NCBI RefSeq assembly: GCF_009914755.1
Contig: NC_060947.1
Length of the DNA stretch: 64,000 nt
Reading direction: 5' to 3' (one strand)
Origin: the human T2T-CHM13v2.0 reference genome, Homo sapiens
Below are positions 27,966 through 41,989 of this stretch, one piece after another. Numbering within the stretch: position 1 is the first letter of the stretch; each line of letters opens with the position of its first letter. Made by a program: the position numbers and the translations under genes. Below the pieces are notes generated by a model, which was not told where the DNA came from, searched no databases, and saw only the letters and a list, made by a program, of their open reading frames with translations.

Positions 27966-29598
27966 GTAAGGAGAGTGGGGAGTCCACCTTTGTTGTTTTC
28001 CTACACACCAGTCCTCTGCTGCCCCAGAACCATTAAAATGCAGAAGTTCCTCTGGCAGCTTCTCCTTTGGAAGACTCATGCATCCCCGATCCCACCCTTC
28101 TTCTTCCCTTTTTTCCCTTTGTTGCATCGATTTCATTTTTTTTTTTTTCCACATAGAGTTCAGCTTTGTTTGCTTCGTGACGTTGGGGGGCACATTTCTG
28201 CTTTGAAGGAAAACGAAAGCTACCAAGTTTTGGGAGATGGGAGATGGTGCTATACGGTCTTTAGGGTTACGTGAAGTCAAGTAAAATCGCACACTGGTGA
28301 GTTTCAAGAGTGAGACATTTGATGAATACGCCCTAAGTACTGAGACAAGGAGGAGTGCACTTCTGTAAAGGATGGGGGTACACATGCTGTAACTGGTGGG
28401 GATTGAGTGGAGGCCTACCGAGGCATTGTAATTATTCTGGGTGAGTGAGACCCTGGTAATAGAGTTATTTTGAGAGTGTGTAGAAGAAAGTGGTTAACTT
28501 GAGCTTGAAGGCCTGTTAGAACTAGACAAATTGGGAGGGGAAGTTGGTAACAATGACGTAAATTTTTTTTTAACTTAATATGACACGAGATTCAGTTTTC
28601 CCCCCATATTGTCCCTTATTTTGACTGTTTCTATTCTTTCAAAATATTTTACTTTTAAATTTCTCTCACTGCTTCAAGTATATTGAGAACTGGATAGGGA
28701 GCTCAGTGGCTTCTTGTGTAGTGGCAGCCTGAGTTGCTGCTGCTTCAAATGATAGGACTTTCTCTTTCATGGATTCACTTACTCTTAATTTAGAATAACA
28801 AATTTTCAGCAGCTGTCGGGAGAATATGATAAACTGGGGTGCAAGATGAGTGTATATCCATGATAAATGAAAGTGCTTCTGCTTTTTACAACTCAAGAGA
28901 AAGGCAGACAGTGGCAAGAACAGATGTGTGGGTTCAGATTGTAGGGTATAGGAACCCCTTCCCTCTTCTTGAGCTTTAGAGCAGCAGCTAATCCAGGTTG
29001 TTGTGTGTTTTTATTTTTTGGCTTGTTTATTTACACCTGAGAGGATGTGGAATGGAAGTGGAGGTTATGTTAAATCACAAGAACCTTGATATTTGAACTT
29101 TGTCTTCTCTGGCCACCATGTGTGGATATGTTTATGCAATTTTGGAATATCAGAAAATTTAATCTTACATTTTTTGAATAAGTTTAGGTTAAAAAAAAGA
29201 ACACCTTTTATATTTCCTTTGGACCTAATTTTATGAGCCTCTTGCTTTATTATTTTCCATACATGTTGTCTAATATTTCAAAGTAAAATTTGAGTTGCTC
29301 AGAGTCTCAACTCAATCCAATAATTGTAAAGTCCAACTTAATGCCTTTAGTTAAACCCCTAATGAGACTGAACAGATCAGGCAGTTAGTTTTGCTTTGGG
29401 AGTCATACAGTTTCAATACTGTTATTTATTCTTTGCTTTCTCCTTCCTCTACCCCTTCTTTAAAAGTAGATTCAACAAGAAACTGCTTTCAGAATTTCTA
29501 TTCAAGTAAGAATAACTGCACCTCTCTTTGTTAAGTCTTAAGTTTCCAAGAGCCTTAGAAATGGCTGCTGTCTTCTATTATTTCCTTTATTGGACTCC

Positions 29599-29805
29599 TT
29601 TTTTTTTTTATTTAGATTTCAACTTTTATTTTAGATTCAGAGGGTACATGTGCAGATTTGATGCATGGGTATACTGTGCAAGGTTTGGGGTACCATTGAA
29701 CCTCTCACCCTGGTAGTGGGCGTAGTACCCAATAGGTAATTTTACAACCTTTGCCTTCCTCCCTCCCTCCTCTGTAGTCTTCAGTGTCTATTCTTCCCAT
29801 CTTTG
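29599..29805 (-). mobile_element. Short older L1PA/L1PB 3' end
   Basis: ttttattttagattcagagggtacatgtgcagatttg...tacccaataggtaa. Confidence 0.75.
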
Positions 29806-30402
29806 TTGGACTTTATTGTTGAAGACCATGCAAATGGCAGATGTTTATGGTATTTGTATTTTATTTCAATTTTTTGTCATGAGTAGTTAGAAATTTATTA
29901 GAAATTTATCTACTGTAGTAATTATAGTTCAATGAACCTGTTATCAAAATTCTACTTCATAATGCCAAAATAAATCCTTGCTTTATTATACTATTACAAC
30001 ACTTTTAAATAATACCAAAACAGTGTAAAGTGAGTACTTCTTTGTAACATGAATGGAGTGGTGATTATTTACTTCAGAAAGGCACTTTTCAGTTTGCTGT
30101 ACTAAAGTTTTCCTTTAAGATTGATGCCCTGTTTGTTTTAATACATAAGTTAGAAAGTTTTGAGCAAATATCCTGATGGAGTCCTACAATTGCACATAGT
30201 GAGATACTTCAATAAGTGACTAAGTTTAGTTGTCTGAAGAACAGTTAAAAGCTTCTTTGCTTTGGATTGGTGGTAGCTGACTGTTTCTTAATCTTCCTAC
30301 TGGTTGTCATTAAAAAAAAAAACAACAGATGTTATACTGGTTATACTGGGCAGAGTGGGGGATCTGGATCTGTGATAATTGGCAAGACAATGTTAACTTA
30401 TT

Positions 30403-30604
<202 letters not shown>

Positions 30605-30647
30605 TTAGAAATGAAAACAAGTATGTTGGTCTTTGCAATGGATTTCA

Positions 30648-31206
30648 TTTTTTATTTTTATTGATATATCATAATTGTGCATATTTATGGGGGACATATG
30701 ATCTTTTGATACATGCACACAATGTGTGATGATCAAATTAGGGTAATTAGGATATCCGTTACCGCAAACATTTATCATTTATTTGTGGTGGGAACATTCC
30801 AAACATTCTAGCTGTTTTTTCTAGCTATACAGTAAATTATATTGGTAACTATAGCCACCCTATTGTGCAATTGAACAGTGGATCTTATTCCTTCTATCTA
30901 ACTGTATTTGTGTACTCATTAACCAACCTCTCTTAATCCTTCTTTCCCCCTACCCTTCTCAGCCTCTGGTAACCACCATCCATTCTACCCAATATCTTCA
31001 TGGGATCGACTTTTTTAGCTCCCACATGGGTGAGAACGTGTGGTATGTCTTTTGTCTTTCTGTGTTATGTCTTAGTTCACTTAAAATAATGTCCTCCAGG
31101 CTCATCCATGTTGTCACAAATAACAGAATATCATTTTTATGGCTGAATAATATTTTATTTTGTGTGTGTATATATATGTGTGTATATATAAGTGTGTGTA
31201 TATATA

Positions 31207-31251
<45 letters not shown>

Positions 31252-32020
31252 CACATTTCCTTTATTCATTCACCGTTGATGGACACTTAGCCACATATCA
31301 TAGTTATTTTGAATAGTTCTTTAATAAACATGGGAGTGCAGATATTTCTTTGATATACTGATATCCTTTCTTTTGGATATATACCCAAAAGTGAGATTGC
31401 TAAATCATGTGATAGTTCTATTTTTGTTTTTTGAGGAACCTCTATGCTGTTTTCCATGGCAGCTCTAGATCATGTGGTAGTTCTATTTTTGTTTTTTTGA
31501 GAAATCTCTGTGCTGTTTTCCATAGCAGCTGTACTAATTTACATTCCCAGCAAAAGTGTACTAGTATTCCGCTTTCTCAGTGCCCTTACCAGCATTTGTT
31601 ATCTTTTTGGTAATAGCCATTTTAATTGGAGTGAGATGTTATCTCATTATAGTTTTGATTTGCATTTTCCTGATGGTTAGTGATGCGGAACATTTTTTCT
31701 TATACCTGTTTGCGATTTGTATGTCTTCTTTTGTGAAATGTTTATTGAAATCATTTGCCATTTAAAAAAATTGGATTATTTGTTTTTTTGTGGGTTTCTT
31801 TTTTGCTACTGACTTCCTTATATATTCCACATATTAATCTCTTGTCAGATGGATAGTTGGAAAATATTTCCTCCCATTTTTAGGTTTCTCCTTACTCTAT
31901 TGATTGTTTCCTTTGCTGTGCAGAAGCTTTTTAGCTTAATATAGTTCCATTTGTCTATTTTTACTTTCATTGCCTGTTTTTGAGGTTTTACCCAAAAAAT
32001 CTTTGCCCAGACCAATGTAA
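30648..32020 (-). mobile_element. L1MA 3' portion with (TG/TA)n and an internal tandem duplication (~31400-31530)
   Basis: L1MA 3'UTR motifs; ORF2 fragment [21 protein letters not shown]. Confidence 0.8.
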
Positions 32021-33694
32021 TGGACTTCTTGATGGTAACCATAATAATGATAGTCAGTAGAAGCCCCTAAGTATGTCAGATACTATCTCATTTTTAAAAA
32101 TAATCCTTTGAATTAAGCACTATGATTATCTCTGTTTTTCAGAGAAGGAAATACAGTATACAGGTTCAAAGAGTAAATAACTTTCTCAAGGTTACACAGT
32201 TGGTAAGCCATAGAGCTTGAATCCAAGCAAGATGTTTGAATCCAAAGAATATGTACTTAACCACCAAGAAATGCATCCTCCCAGTGATTTATGGCAACTA
32301 GTAGGCATGAGGAAATAAATTTGAACACGAGTAAGAGGTAGGGGAGGAAGTAAGTCCTGTAAGTGGAAGAAGAGTTGCCTGGGCATGTGCATATAGGGGA
32401 ATAGAGAAATGGGCAGCTAGTGTGTAGGAGGGATATTGTGTCTAAAAGGGAATGTCTGTAAGTAGGGTAAGTGACTGTTCACCCAAGGCCAAGAAGATAG
32501 AGAAGACCTACACAGTTGGAAAGCCTAAACTGGTCTGGTATAGGTCAAGGTATAAAATTCAGGCCTTAATACTGTTTAGTTTGATGGGAACCATTTAACA
32601 AGAATGCAGCTTCCAAGTAGTCTGTCTATATGAAGTGATTTCTGCCTGTTCAGAATTGTTTATACATGTCTTAACTCACTGTGACACAGGTATATGCCAC
32701 GTTTTGTTTCTTGAGATTGTAATGCCTTGTAAATTTACATTTAATGGAAAATGAATAGTAATCTCAGAGCCTATATAAGTTAATAAATTGCAATAACTTC
32801 TTAACAAAAATCAACATTGGCCTAGGATGAGAATTGCTAGAGAGATGATAGCTTGGAGAATTTTAACTGGTTTGGGAGTTTTTTCCCTATACATATTTCC
32901 CCAAGACCCATAATGATCTCCATTTCATGGCATCTATGCATTCTATTTGTGCCTTGGTGTAGAAATTTTAAGATTGTGGGAAATAGATGATTTCTTAGGG
33001 TTTTAATTGTGAAGTAACTTTTAAAAATTGATGTATTTTATATAACTGATAAAACAGAAGCTAGTTGTAGCTTGGATTGTTCACAAATATACATAATTTT
33101 TCTCTATGGTTGTACTCTGCACAATTTATAACAACAGATAAAACAATGTTCTGGATTGTGTAATTAGTCACTAGTCACAGTATTTTCTTCATCTGGATAA
33201 TATAGAAGAGCAAGACACAGTTCTTCATTATGTGGTTCTCAAATAATTGTACTTTAGGCGCAGAATGTTTTGCTGCTCTGTCTGTATTTATACATTAAAC
33301 ATTGATTTTGTGTATGCAAGGATTTTTGTCATATCTTCCAAAGTTTGTTTGAATGTTGTTTAAAGGTGTTCATAGAAGATGTTCACTTAGAAGACTAAAA
33401 TTAGAAACTGTTCACCAAATGACTGGGACATACTTTTTGGAGGTCCCTAACAGTGGAAAATGGCAGCTTTCACATGGCAAATGTGGAGACTCAAGATCAG
33501 TGCTTTCAAATTGATGCTTAGTATTTGATGGCTGATTTCCTAAATTTCACAGAAACATTGGAAGAATTTGGCCCAAAAAGAGGCTGATCAGTGATCAGTG
33601 ATGGTGATTCTTGGGCATTTAAAAAGATGCTTAAATGTTACATGGTTGTAGGGAAGAATATATTGTGAAAGTTTAGTAAAAGATTAATTATCTG

Positions 33695-34026
<332 letters not shown>

Positions 34027-34721
34027 TTATTTCTAGCACAAAGACTAGTTACTTTGTTGAGGAAGGGTTTTGATCAATAAACCCTCCACCAGGGTTAGCC
34101 TAGGGAAAAAATAAATAAACCTCAAATGTCAATCAGATTGAATGTTCTCTGTAGCTAATCTTTAAAATCTTTTATGAAATATATATTGTGCAATTAACCA
34201 AGTATCATTTACAAAAACATTTCCTGCTTTAATGGAATTATCAAGGTTGAATTTTGTATTTCATTTCTTACTGATACAAGTAAACAGATTAAGAGAGAAG
34301 CTGCTGGTTAACTATCTGACCATCTGTTTGCTTTCAGATCTACTTTGCGGCCCACTAGGAGGCCTTTTAAACCCAGTCTTTAATTACTTTCTTCAATCCA
34401 GACCAAGGTTAAACAAAAGTACATTTAGAGAGACGAGGCGGTTCATTTATGATGACTGTTTTCATTAATATGAGAGACAAACCTGACCTTTTACACTTGG
34501 GCAGCAGAGAAGAATTTTAAGCAAGGAGATTTTTTTCTAGCCCAGGTCTTGCCTGTTGGTTTTATTAGGTTTGCTTGAAATCTTGCAGATTGCCAGAACA
34601 TCAGGCAAAAAATTCAAATATAAGTTTAAAAATATCATAACAAATTCAAAGACTGTATATTTAAGTGTTCAATGATGCTAGGTTTTTTGTTGTTGTATTG
34701 CCCTTTCGTTAGCATAACTAA

Positions 34722-35027
<306 letters not shown>

Positions 35028-36917
35028 CTAAGATTTGACTTTAGTAATAGTAAAGACAACACTTATTTATGCATTGTATATGTCAGGCAAGGTGCCCAGG
35101 GCTTTACCTACATTATTTTACTTAATTTATCTTTACAATAATATTTTAACATAGTAATAACTACTATTAGATTCATTTTACCTAATTGGAGGGGGTATCT
35201 CTAAGATCCAGAAACATAGGTACATTGGTCAAGACTGAAGAGCTAGAAATGACAGGGCTGTGATCAGAACTCTGGTTGTTCGGACTTCAGAACCCACTCC
35301 TAAACACTGTGTTATTTACACATCCTCTGTTTATAGGTATTGAATAGAAATTGTCAATACTACATAAAAATCCTGTTATATGATTTTGAAATACAATTGC
35401 CATTCAAGAGGGGATGATGTCTAAGTAGGCAAATGTGTTCTCATTCATAACCCGTACTCGAGAGTGAGATGAGAGTTGGCACTGGTGGGCAGGCTGGGTG
35501 TAGGGAGGATAGTAGCACCATGTTCTTTTAAAATGTGGTTCTTTTTTTAAAATCAAATGAATTCATCGAGGGCACACTTAAAAATAATATTTGTCTGTAC
35601 TTTCTTATGCTGGCCTGTGTTACATACTGAATTTTTATGACTGATTCTCTTGCATGTTATGTGGCTATAGACCAACATAATTAAAAGGTGGTTTCTATGA
35701 TTCTGTAAATCTAAATTAACCAGGAAGGCAGTACTGCTATAACTTGTAAACTCTGGTTTTAGACTCTAGTCCTTGATTTCTGTCCCTTTGGCTTAGTCCT
35801 TTTTGGAAATGAGACCCTATCCTAGAGTTAGGGTCTAGCCAAGCCTTTCTGCTTGGGGGATTTCCAAAAATGAGTCAAGACAAATAAAATTTCACCTTTC
35901 AAACACCAGAGAATATTCATCTTAGGTAACATTTACTACATGAGAAAATTTTCTGTTTCACCATCACCTTTCAGCCAGTTGTTTCATTATAAGTGCAGCA
36001 TGTTTTTCTGTTAAAATTATCTGTAAATATATATTTAATAGTAGTTGTATGATATTGGAGACCGTTCTCTTCAGTATGTTATATCAAATTTGATTTAGAA
36101 GGAAGACAAGCATATATAATTACTTAATTTATTAAACATATGATCAATCATCTTACTTTAATTTCTCATGCAAATTGTCAGCTTTAGTGGGTAATAATAT
36201 TAAGAGCTATAATTCATTGAGTCAGGCACACCGGTAAGAACTTTACATGTATTGTTTCATTTTTCTGACAATTCAATGAAGCTAGTACTCTTATTATCTC
36301 TGTTTTTAAGAAGAGAGGCTCAGAGAACTAGCCAGGTCACAGAGCTAGTAAAGTACCCCCCAGGTTTGTCTGATTCCAGGGCCCATGATCTGAAGCCCTA
36401 TGCTATTCTTCCCACTTGATGATATTCACTAATTACCCACTCTGAATGCAGCTCTGAAACTGATTTACAAGTCGTTGTAATACTTCTTTTCTGATGAACT
36501 TGAAAAACCATGAAAAATACTTCTTAATTAACTGGTCTATAGCAATACGTGGTCTATAGAAATACTAAGGATAATTCTGGTGGTCTGTTACATCAAGTGG
36601 AGAACTTGAGTTTATCAGAGGAGACAATCAAAGTTATAAGAGCTCAGCCTATACTATTAGTTAGAATGCAGAACATGTACCTTTATCTCAATTTAAGAAA
36701 ATCATTTTATTGCAATCTAATGAAAAGTAGATAAGATGAATTGTTTTTTGAAGGGATTTTAAAGCTTTTTTAGCTGTAAGGGTGAGATATGTTTTATTGG
36801 CTATTGCCTGTGTGATTTGAGTAGGTCATAAAACTTTCTTTGCCTCTCATCATTCTCACAAGCTGAATATGAGTAACTTAAAATGAAGAGTATCATGAAA
36901 GAAAGCTTCTAGAAGTG

Positions 36918-37661
<744 letters not shown>

Positions 37662-37829
37662 AAGTGTTGTTGGAAATTTATTACTAAAAATAATGAAATC
37701 TGATCTCAGACTTTCAGAAAAAACATAATTGGTCTTGTGATTCAGGTAAATAATTTTAACTTCTCAAAGGATTCAGTAGTTGGGGTGAAATATTTTCAGT
37801 GAATTTCTACTTGAAACAAGAGTAAAGGT

Positions 37830-37980
37830 AGACCTGGCACAATGGCTCATGTCTGTAATCCTAGTAACTTGGGAGGCCCAGCGGGGGACGATCATTTGAG
37901 GCTAGGCGTTTGAGACCAGCTTGGGGAACAAAGTGAGACCCTGTCTCTACAAAAAATAAAAAATAAAAAAAAAAGAATAA
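37830..37980 (+). mobile_element. Alu monomer (FLAM-like)
   Basis: Left-arm-only Alu sequence followed by an A-rich tail. Confidence 0.7.
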
Positions 37981-39509
37981 AGATGTTAAATTTAAACTTT
38001 CTAAACAATGTTGAGGGGACAATCAGGGTTGTTGGTGGTGATGAGACAATTTGCCAGGTAACAAGACAAACACCTGGTGGGTTTTAAAGTGAGCAAAATG
38101 GAAGTGTGACAAGATCCAAAGTAAGGACAATTTTATACTCGACTTTGAATTCATGCTTTGAATTCATTCTTTTTTTTTGAAAAAGAGGATGTTGAAAGGC
38201 AAGTAAAAAATATTGTGAAAAAAATGTGACTAAACATTTACAAATTGCCCATCAGATCAGATTAGGATTTTTTATTAGATCTTTAAGTTAAAGTTGAAGA
38301 ATGAGTTTTGTTTAGTGTGTGTTTATATCCAATTAGAAATTGTGTGGCTATGATTAGGTGCTGTATGGGGAGCTTAATAGAGGAGTGCATATCTCACTTG
38401 GGATTTAATCTGACTCAACCCATGAGTTGAACTCGAGAAGTAAAGTACACATCCCAGGGGATCCTTATGCTGCCCAAATGCCAGGGACTGCTTGGGACAG
38501 GTCCCACCAGACACACAGCAAGTGTGCACTTTCCAAAGTCAGTCACTCTAGGTTTCATGAAAACTCAAAGCATCTAATACGATCTTGTCAAAATTATGTC
38601 TACATGTCCAAGTGGATTTACTGTAAATCAATGTCTAATTACTTTTTGAAAATTATTCACTTACAGAGATTGAATTGACTTTTTTTCATTTCATAATGTG
38701 GTTGAGTAGGAAAGTCTTAGAATTGTACTTTTTCGTTGAAGTATAAAACTAGCGATAGAGTGCATAAACATTATATTGCTTAAAATATATGGAGAATGGC
38801 TCAAAAGGAGCTATTAGCACAAAAAATGAGATTCTGTCTTGTGCAACAGCTCATGTAAGAGAAGAGATTTTGGGGAAGAAAATGAAATTTGAAACCTTGG
38901 ATTGTCAGAACATGGATTTCTCCAAAAGCAGTTATAAGAAAAAAATAGTTGACTATCTCCCAGTGATTGAGGTAATCATGACCGAATTCTACACCCACAC
39001 CTCCACAAAGTACCACCACTTGATGTCATACACTTTCTTCAAATATTTGAAGTTGGAATGGTAGGCATTAATTTGTGTATGTTTTAGTAAAAATATATAG
39101 CAATTTTTATTTCATATGATTAATGGTGAGTCATTATGCTAGGTAAAAGCATATGATAAAAAGATAGATGGCATGTTGCACATAATAGCGTTATGCATTT
39201 TTCCTAAATATTTCCTTAAGCTTTAGCAATTGCCTCTTAGCAACTGTTTCAAGTTATATAAGGCAGATTTCTGTTCCTAATGAACAGATTTTGAGGCAAG
39301 GGGTATATTGTTACAGTTTTTTTTTTAACTTTCCTCCTCATTTATTAATGGACCCGTCAAAAGTTAAAAATACTTTGTAGAACTCTACTGTAGAATAGTA
39401 CTATTTCAAAATTCAACAAAGTGATGAGTAGCAACTTATCATCTACCTCTTTCACTTCTTATTACACAGAATATAATTATAAACTGGTAAGTTTTTAAAT
39501 AAATATTTT

Positions 39510-40085
39510 TTCACATATGAGTGGATGGCCTGTTGAAATTCAAGTGCAAAACAGGCCACCCAAGTGGAGATTTGCAGCTGCTAGATGGAAACGTGTGACT
39601 AGAGTTTGGGAAAGATGGTGGACGGAGAGTAGATATGGGAGTCATTTATGTATAGGTGCTACTTCAAACTATGGAAAAGAATGAACTCACTAGGAAAAAG
39701 GAATTATGGCATGAGATGAGAAGAGAGCTGAAAACAAAGACAGGACTTTGCTGAATGTTCACATTTCGGAGGAGGTGAAAGAAACAGGAACAGCAGGAAA
39801 CACGTGGATTCATTAGGAAAGATCAGAGTAGCATCTTGTAATAGAAACCATGGTAGGGAAGAATTTTCAAGGACAATGAACATTGTTAGTTCCATACAGG
39901 AATTTTGAAAACTGATAAAAGGTCATTGAATTCAAAATAAGGAAATGATTAGTGACCTTGGAGAAAAGCGGTTTCAGTAGATTGGTGAAAACAACAGCCT
40001 GATTGGGAAAGGTTAAGAAATGGAGCAAATAATGAGGAAGAGATGAGTATATAGACTAATATTTGACTAGTTTGGTGAGAGGAAA
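39510..40085. mobile_element. L2 fragment
   Basis: Purine-rich L2 motifs (gtagatatgggagtcat; gtgaccttggagaaaagcggtttcagtaga). Confidence 0.6.
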
Positions 40086-40862
40086 GGAAAAAGAAGATTC
40101 CTGAAAATAGTTAAAATAAAATGATATTATTCCAGCGTTATTAAAAAAGAAGAAAATTAAGCGAACTGGAATTTTTCCTAGAAAAATCCTGTTTGTCTGT
40201 TTTCCCAGCCTAGATTTATCAGATCATTGTTGATTCTTTAATTTCACCATAGAATCAACTTTAAACTACCTCAGTGTCTAGTGGCTGAAATATTCAACAA
40301 TTAATATTTGGAAATTGTGACAGAGACAGAACATGAATATTTGTGATAGGAAAGGATGAAAGCAAATAAATATTTTTATATTGTTCTACTTGAGAATGCC
40401 CAATGAATAATTTTATCAGACAAATGCATATTATTTCAAAAAGCATTTTATTACCCTCGTAAAAAATAAGCAGGAAAGTCAAAGTTCTCATAAAAAGTAT
40501 GAAGAACAGCTGGACAATTTTTATTACCACCATTTATTTGCTGAAATTTAGTAAAGATCAGTTTGATTCTTTAGAACATATTGCTTTTTAAACTTTGACT
40601 TCTGGCTATGGGATGGATTATTTTAGTCATAAGAAAGTATAACTGATCTAATACTTTACACTTATTTTCCCTTCTCGCTAATGCCAACCTAGCTTCTAGG
40701 AGGCTGGAAAGAGTATACGGTTAGAAAATTGGTAGGCAGATCACTTCCTTTAAGATTTCTGGGCTGACTTAAGATCTGGTGAATACTATTCAAGAAAGAA
40801 GATAAAGAAAGGAAAATGGAATTAAATCAGAAGTTTGGGATTCCATATCAATGACATTATTC

Positions 40863-40920
40863 AATTCTAGTGGAGAGAGTTTATGGAGCTCCGGTTCCAT
40901 AAACTCTCTCCCCTAGAATT
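40863..40920. repeat. Inverted repeat, 25-bp arms (1 mismatch), 8-nt spacer
   Basis: AATTCTAGTGGAGAGAGTTTATGGA-gctccggt-TCCATAAACTCTCTCCCCTAGAATT. Confidence 0.9.
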
Positions 40921-41989
40921 TCATACTTCTACATTCAATACTTTTACATTGAACTAACTTGATCGTATGTGCACATACATGTACCATATAAACACTTGGC
41001 AGAGATGTTCAAGTGCAGAGCCTTGCACAGGGTGGACAATTTGAATAGATTATGTAGATAGGTCCTGCCGATTCTGAATCTATGATTTGTGCTTAGGAAT
41101 TATCTTGCTTTCACCCTCAAATTCACTCATTCATTGAGAATATACTTGTTGCCAGCCACTGGACTAAACTCTGGACCCAGGCTCCGAAGGACGAGAAAAG
41201 GCCAGGAATAAAGATTTTCTCAGCCTCCTCCCTGAGCCAGAATGAAGGAGAAAGTATGGGGATGTCAATTTGAGGGACTAAGTTACATGGTCTGCAAATA
41301 AGAAAGGAGTCAAGGCAGAGGTACTTTAGGGACTCTCTGCCTGCCTGTTGATAAGCTGCCTCATAGAAATTAGCATTCTCCTGTCCCCCAACCAGTGTGC
41401 AAATATATTCTGCCTACCCTTTCCAGTCCCCCTGACAATGATCTTCTTATTGAATGACAGTTCTGAAAAGTGATAAGTTATTAGTTCAGTTGAACTGTTA
41501 CCCAATTTTCTTGCCATTTCACTAGACAGAAGTGTGGAAAGTAGATCCTAAGCACAATTTGCACTTCCTTTTTATACCGGAACATTCCACAAAGACATTA
41601 CTATTATACAGTTCTGATTAAAGCCAAATGTTGCAGTCATAATAAATTAAAGATTTGTGGCTTCATTGTCTGTTTCTAACATTTAGCCTGGGATTATGGA
41701 ACAAAGCCCACTAAATTCCCTTTTTCATTATCTAAAAAATGCCTTTTAGACTTTTCTATAATTCCCTCACCTTGAGATCATCCTAGCTTTGATCTTTTGT
41801 GTAAACAATTATGTCTTATAAAAATCTGAATTGTATTCATTCCTTTATTTATAATCTCAACCACTTTCTGTTTGTCACTCTTCCTGCTCTCCTTGTTTTT
41901 TTTCCCTCTCTTTTCCAAGGGTTATAGGATTCCTGACAGTTTGGTTTGAAGTTTAGTTCAGTATTCTATATATCAATATGCATTATTTA

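Noticed and set aside
27966-28274. 117-aa ORF continuing from the SH3BGRL ATG
   Set aside because: Read-through past the canonical GTAAGG donor into the intron; only the first 15 codons match SH3BGRL
27675-28385. 236-aa minus-strand ORF over the promoter
   Set aside because: No recognisable protein family; explained by GC-richer, stop-poor promoter DNA
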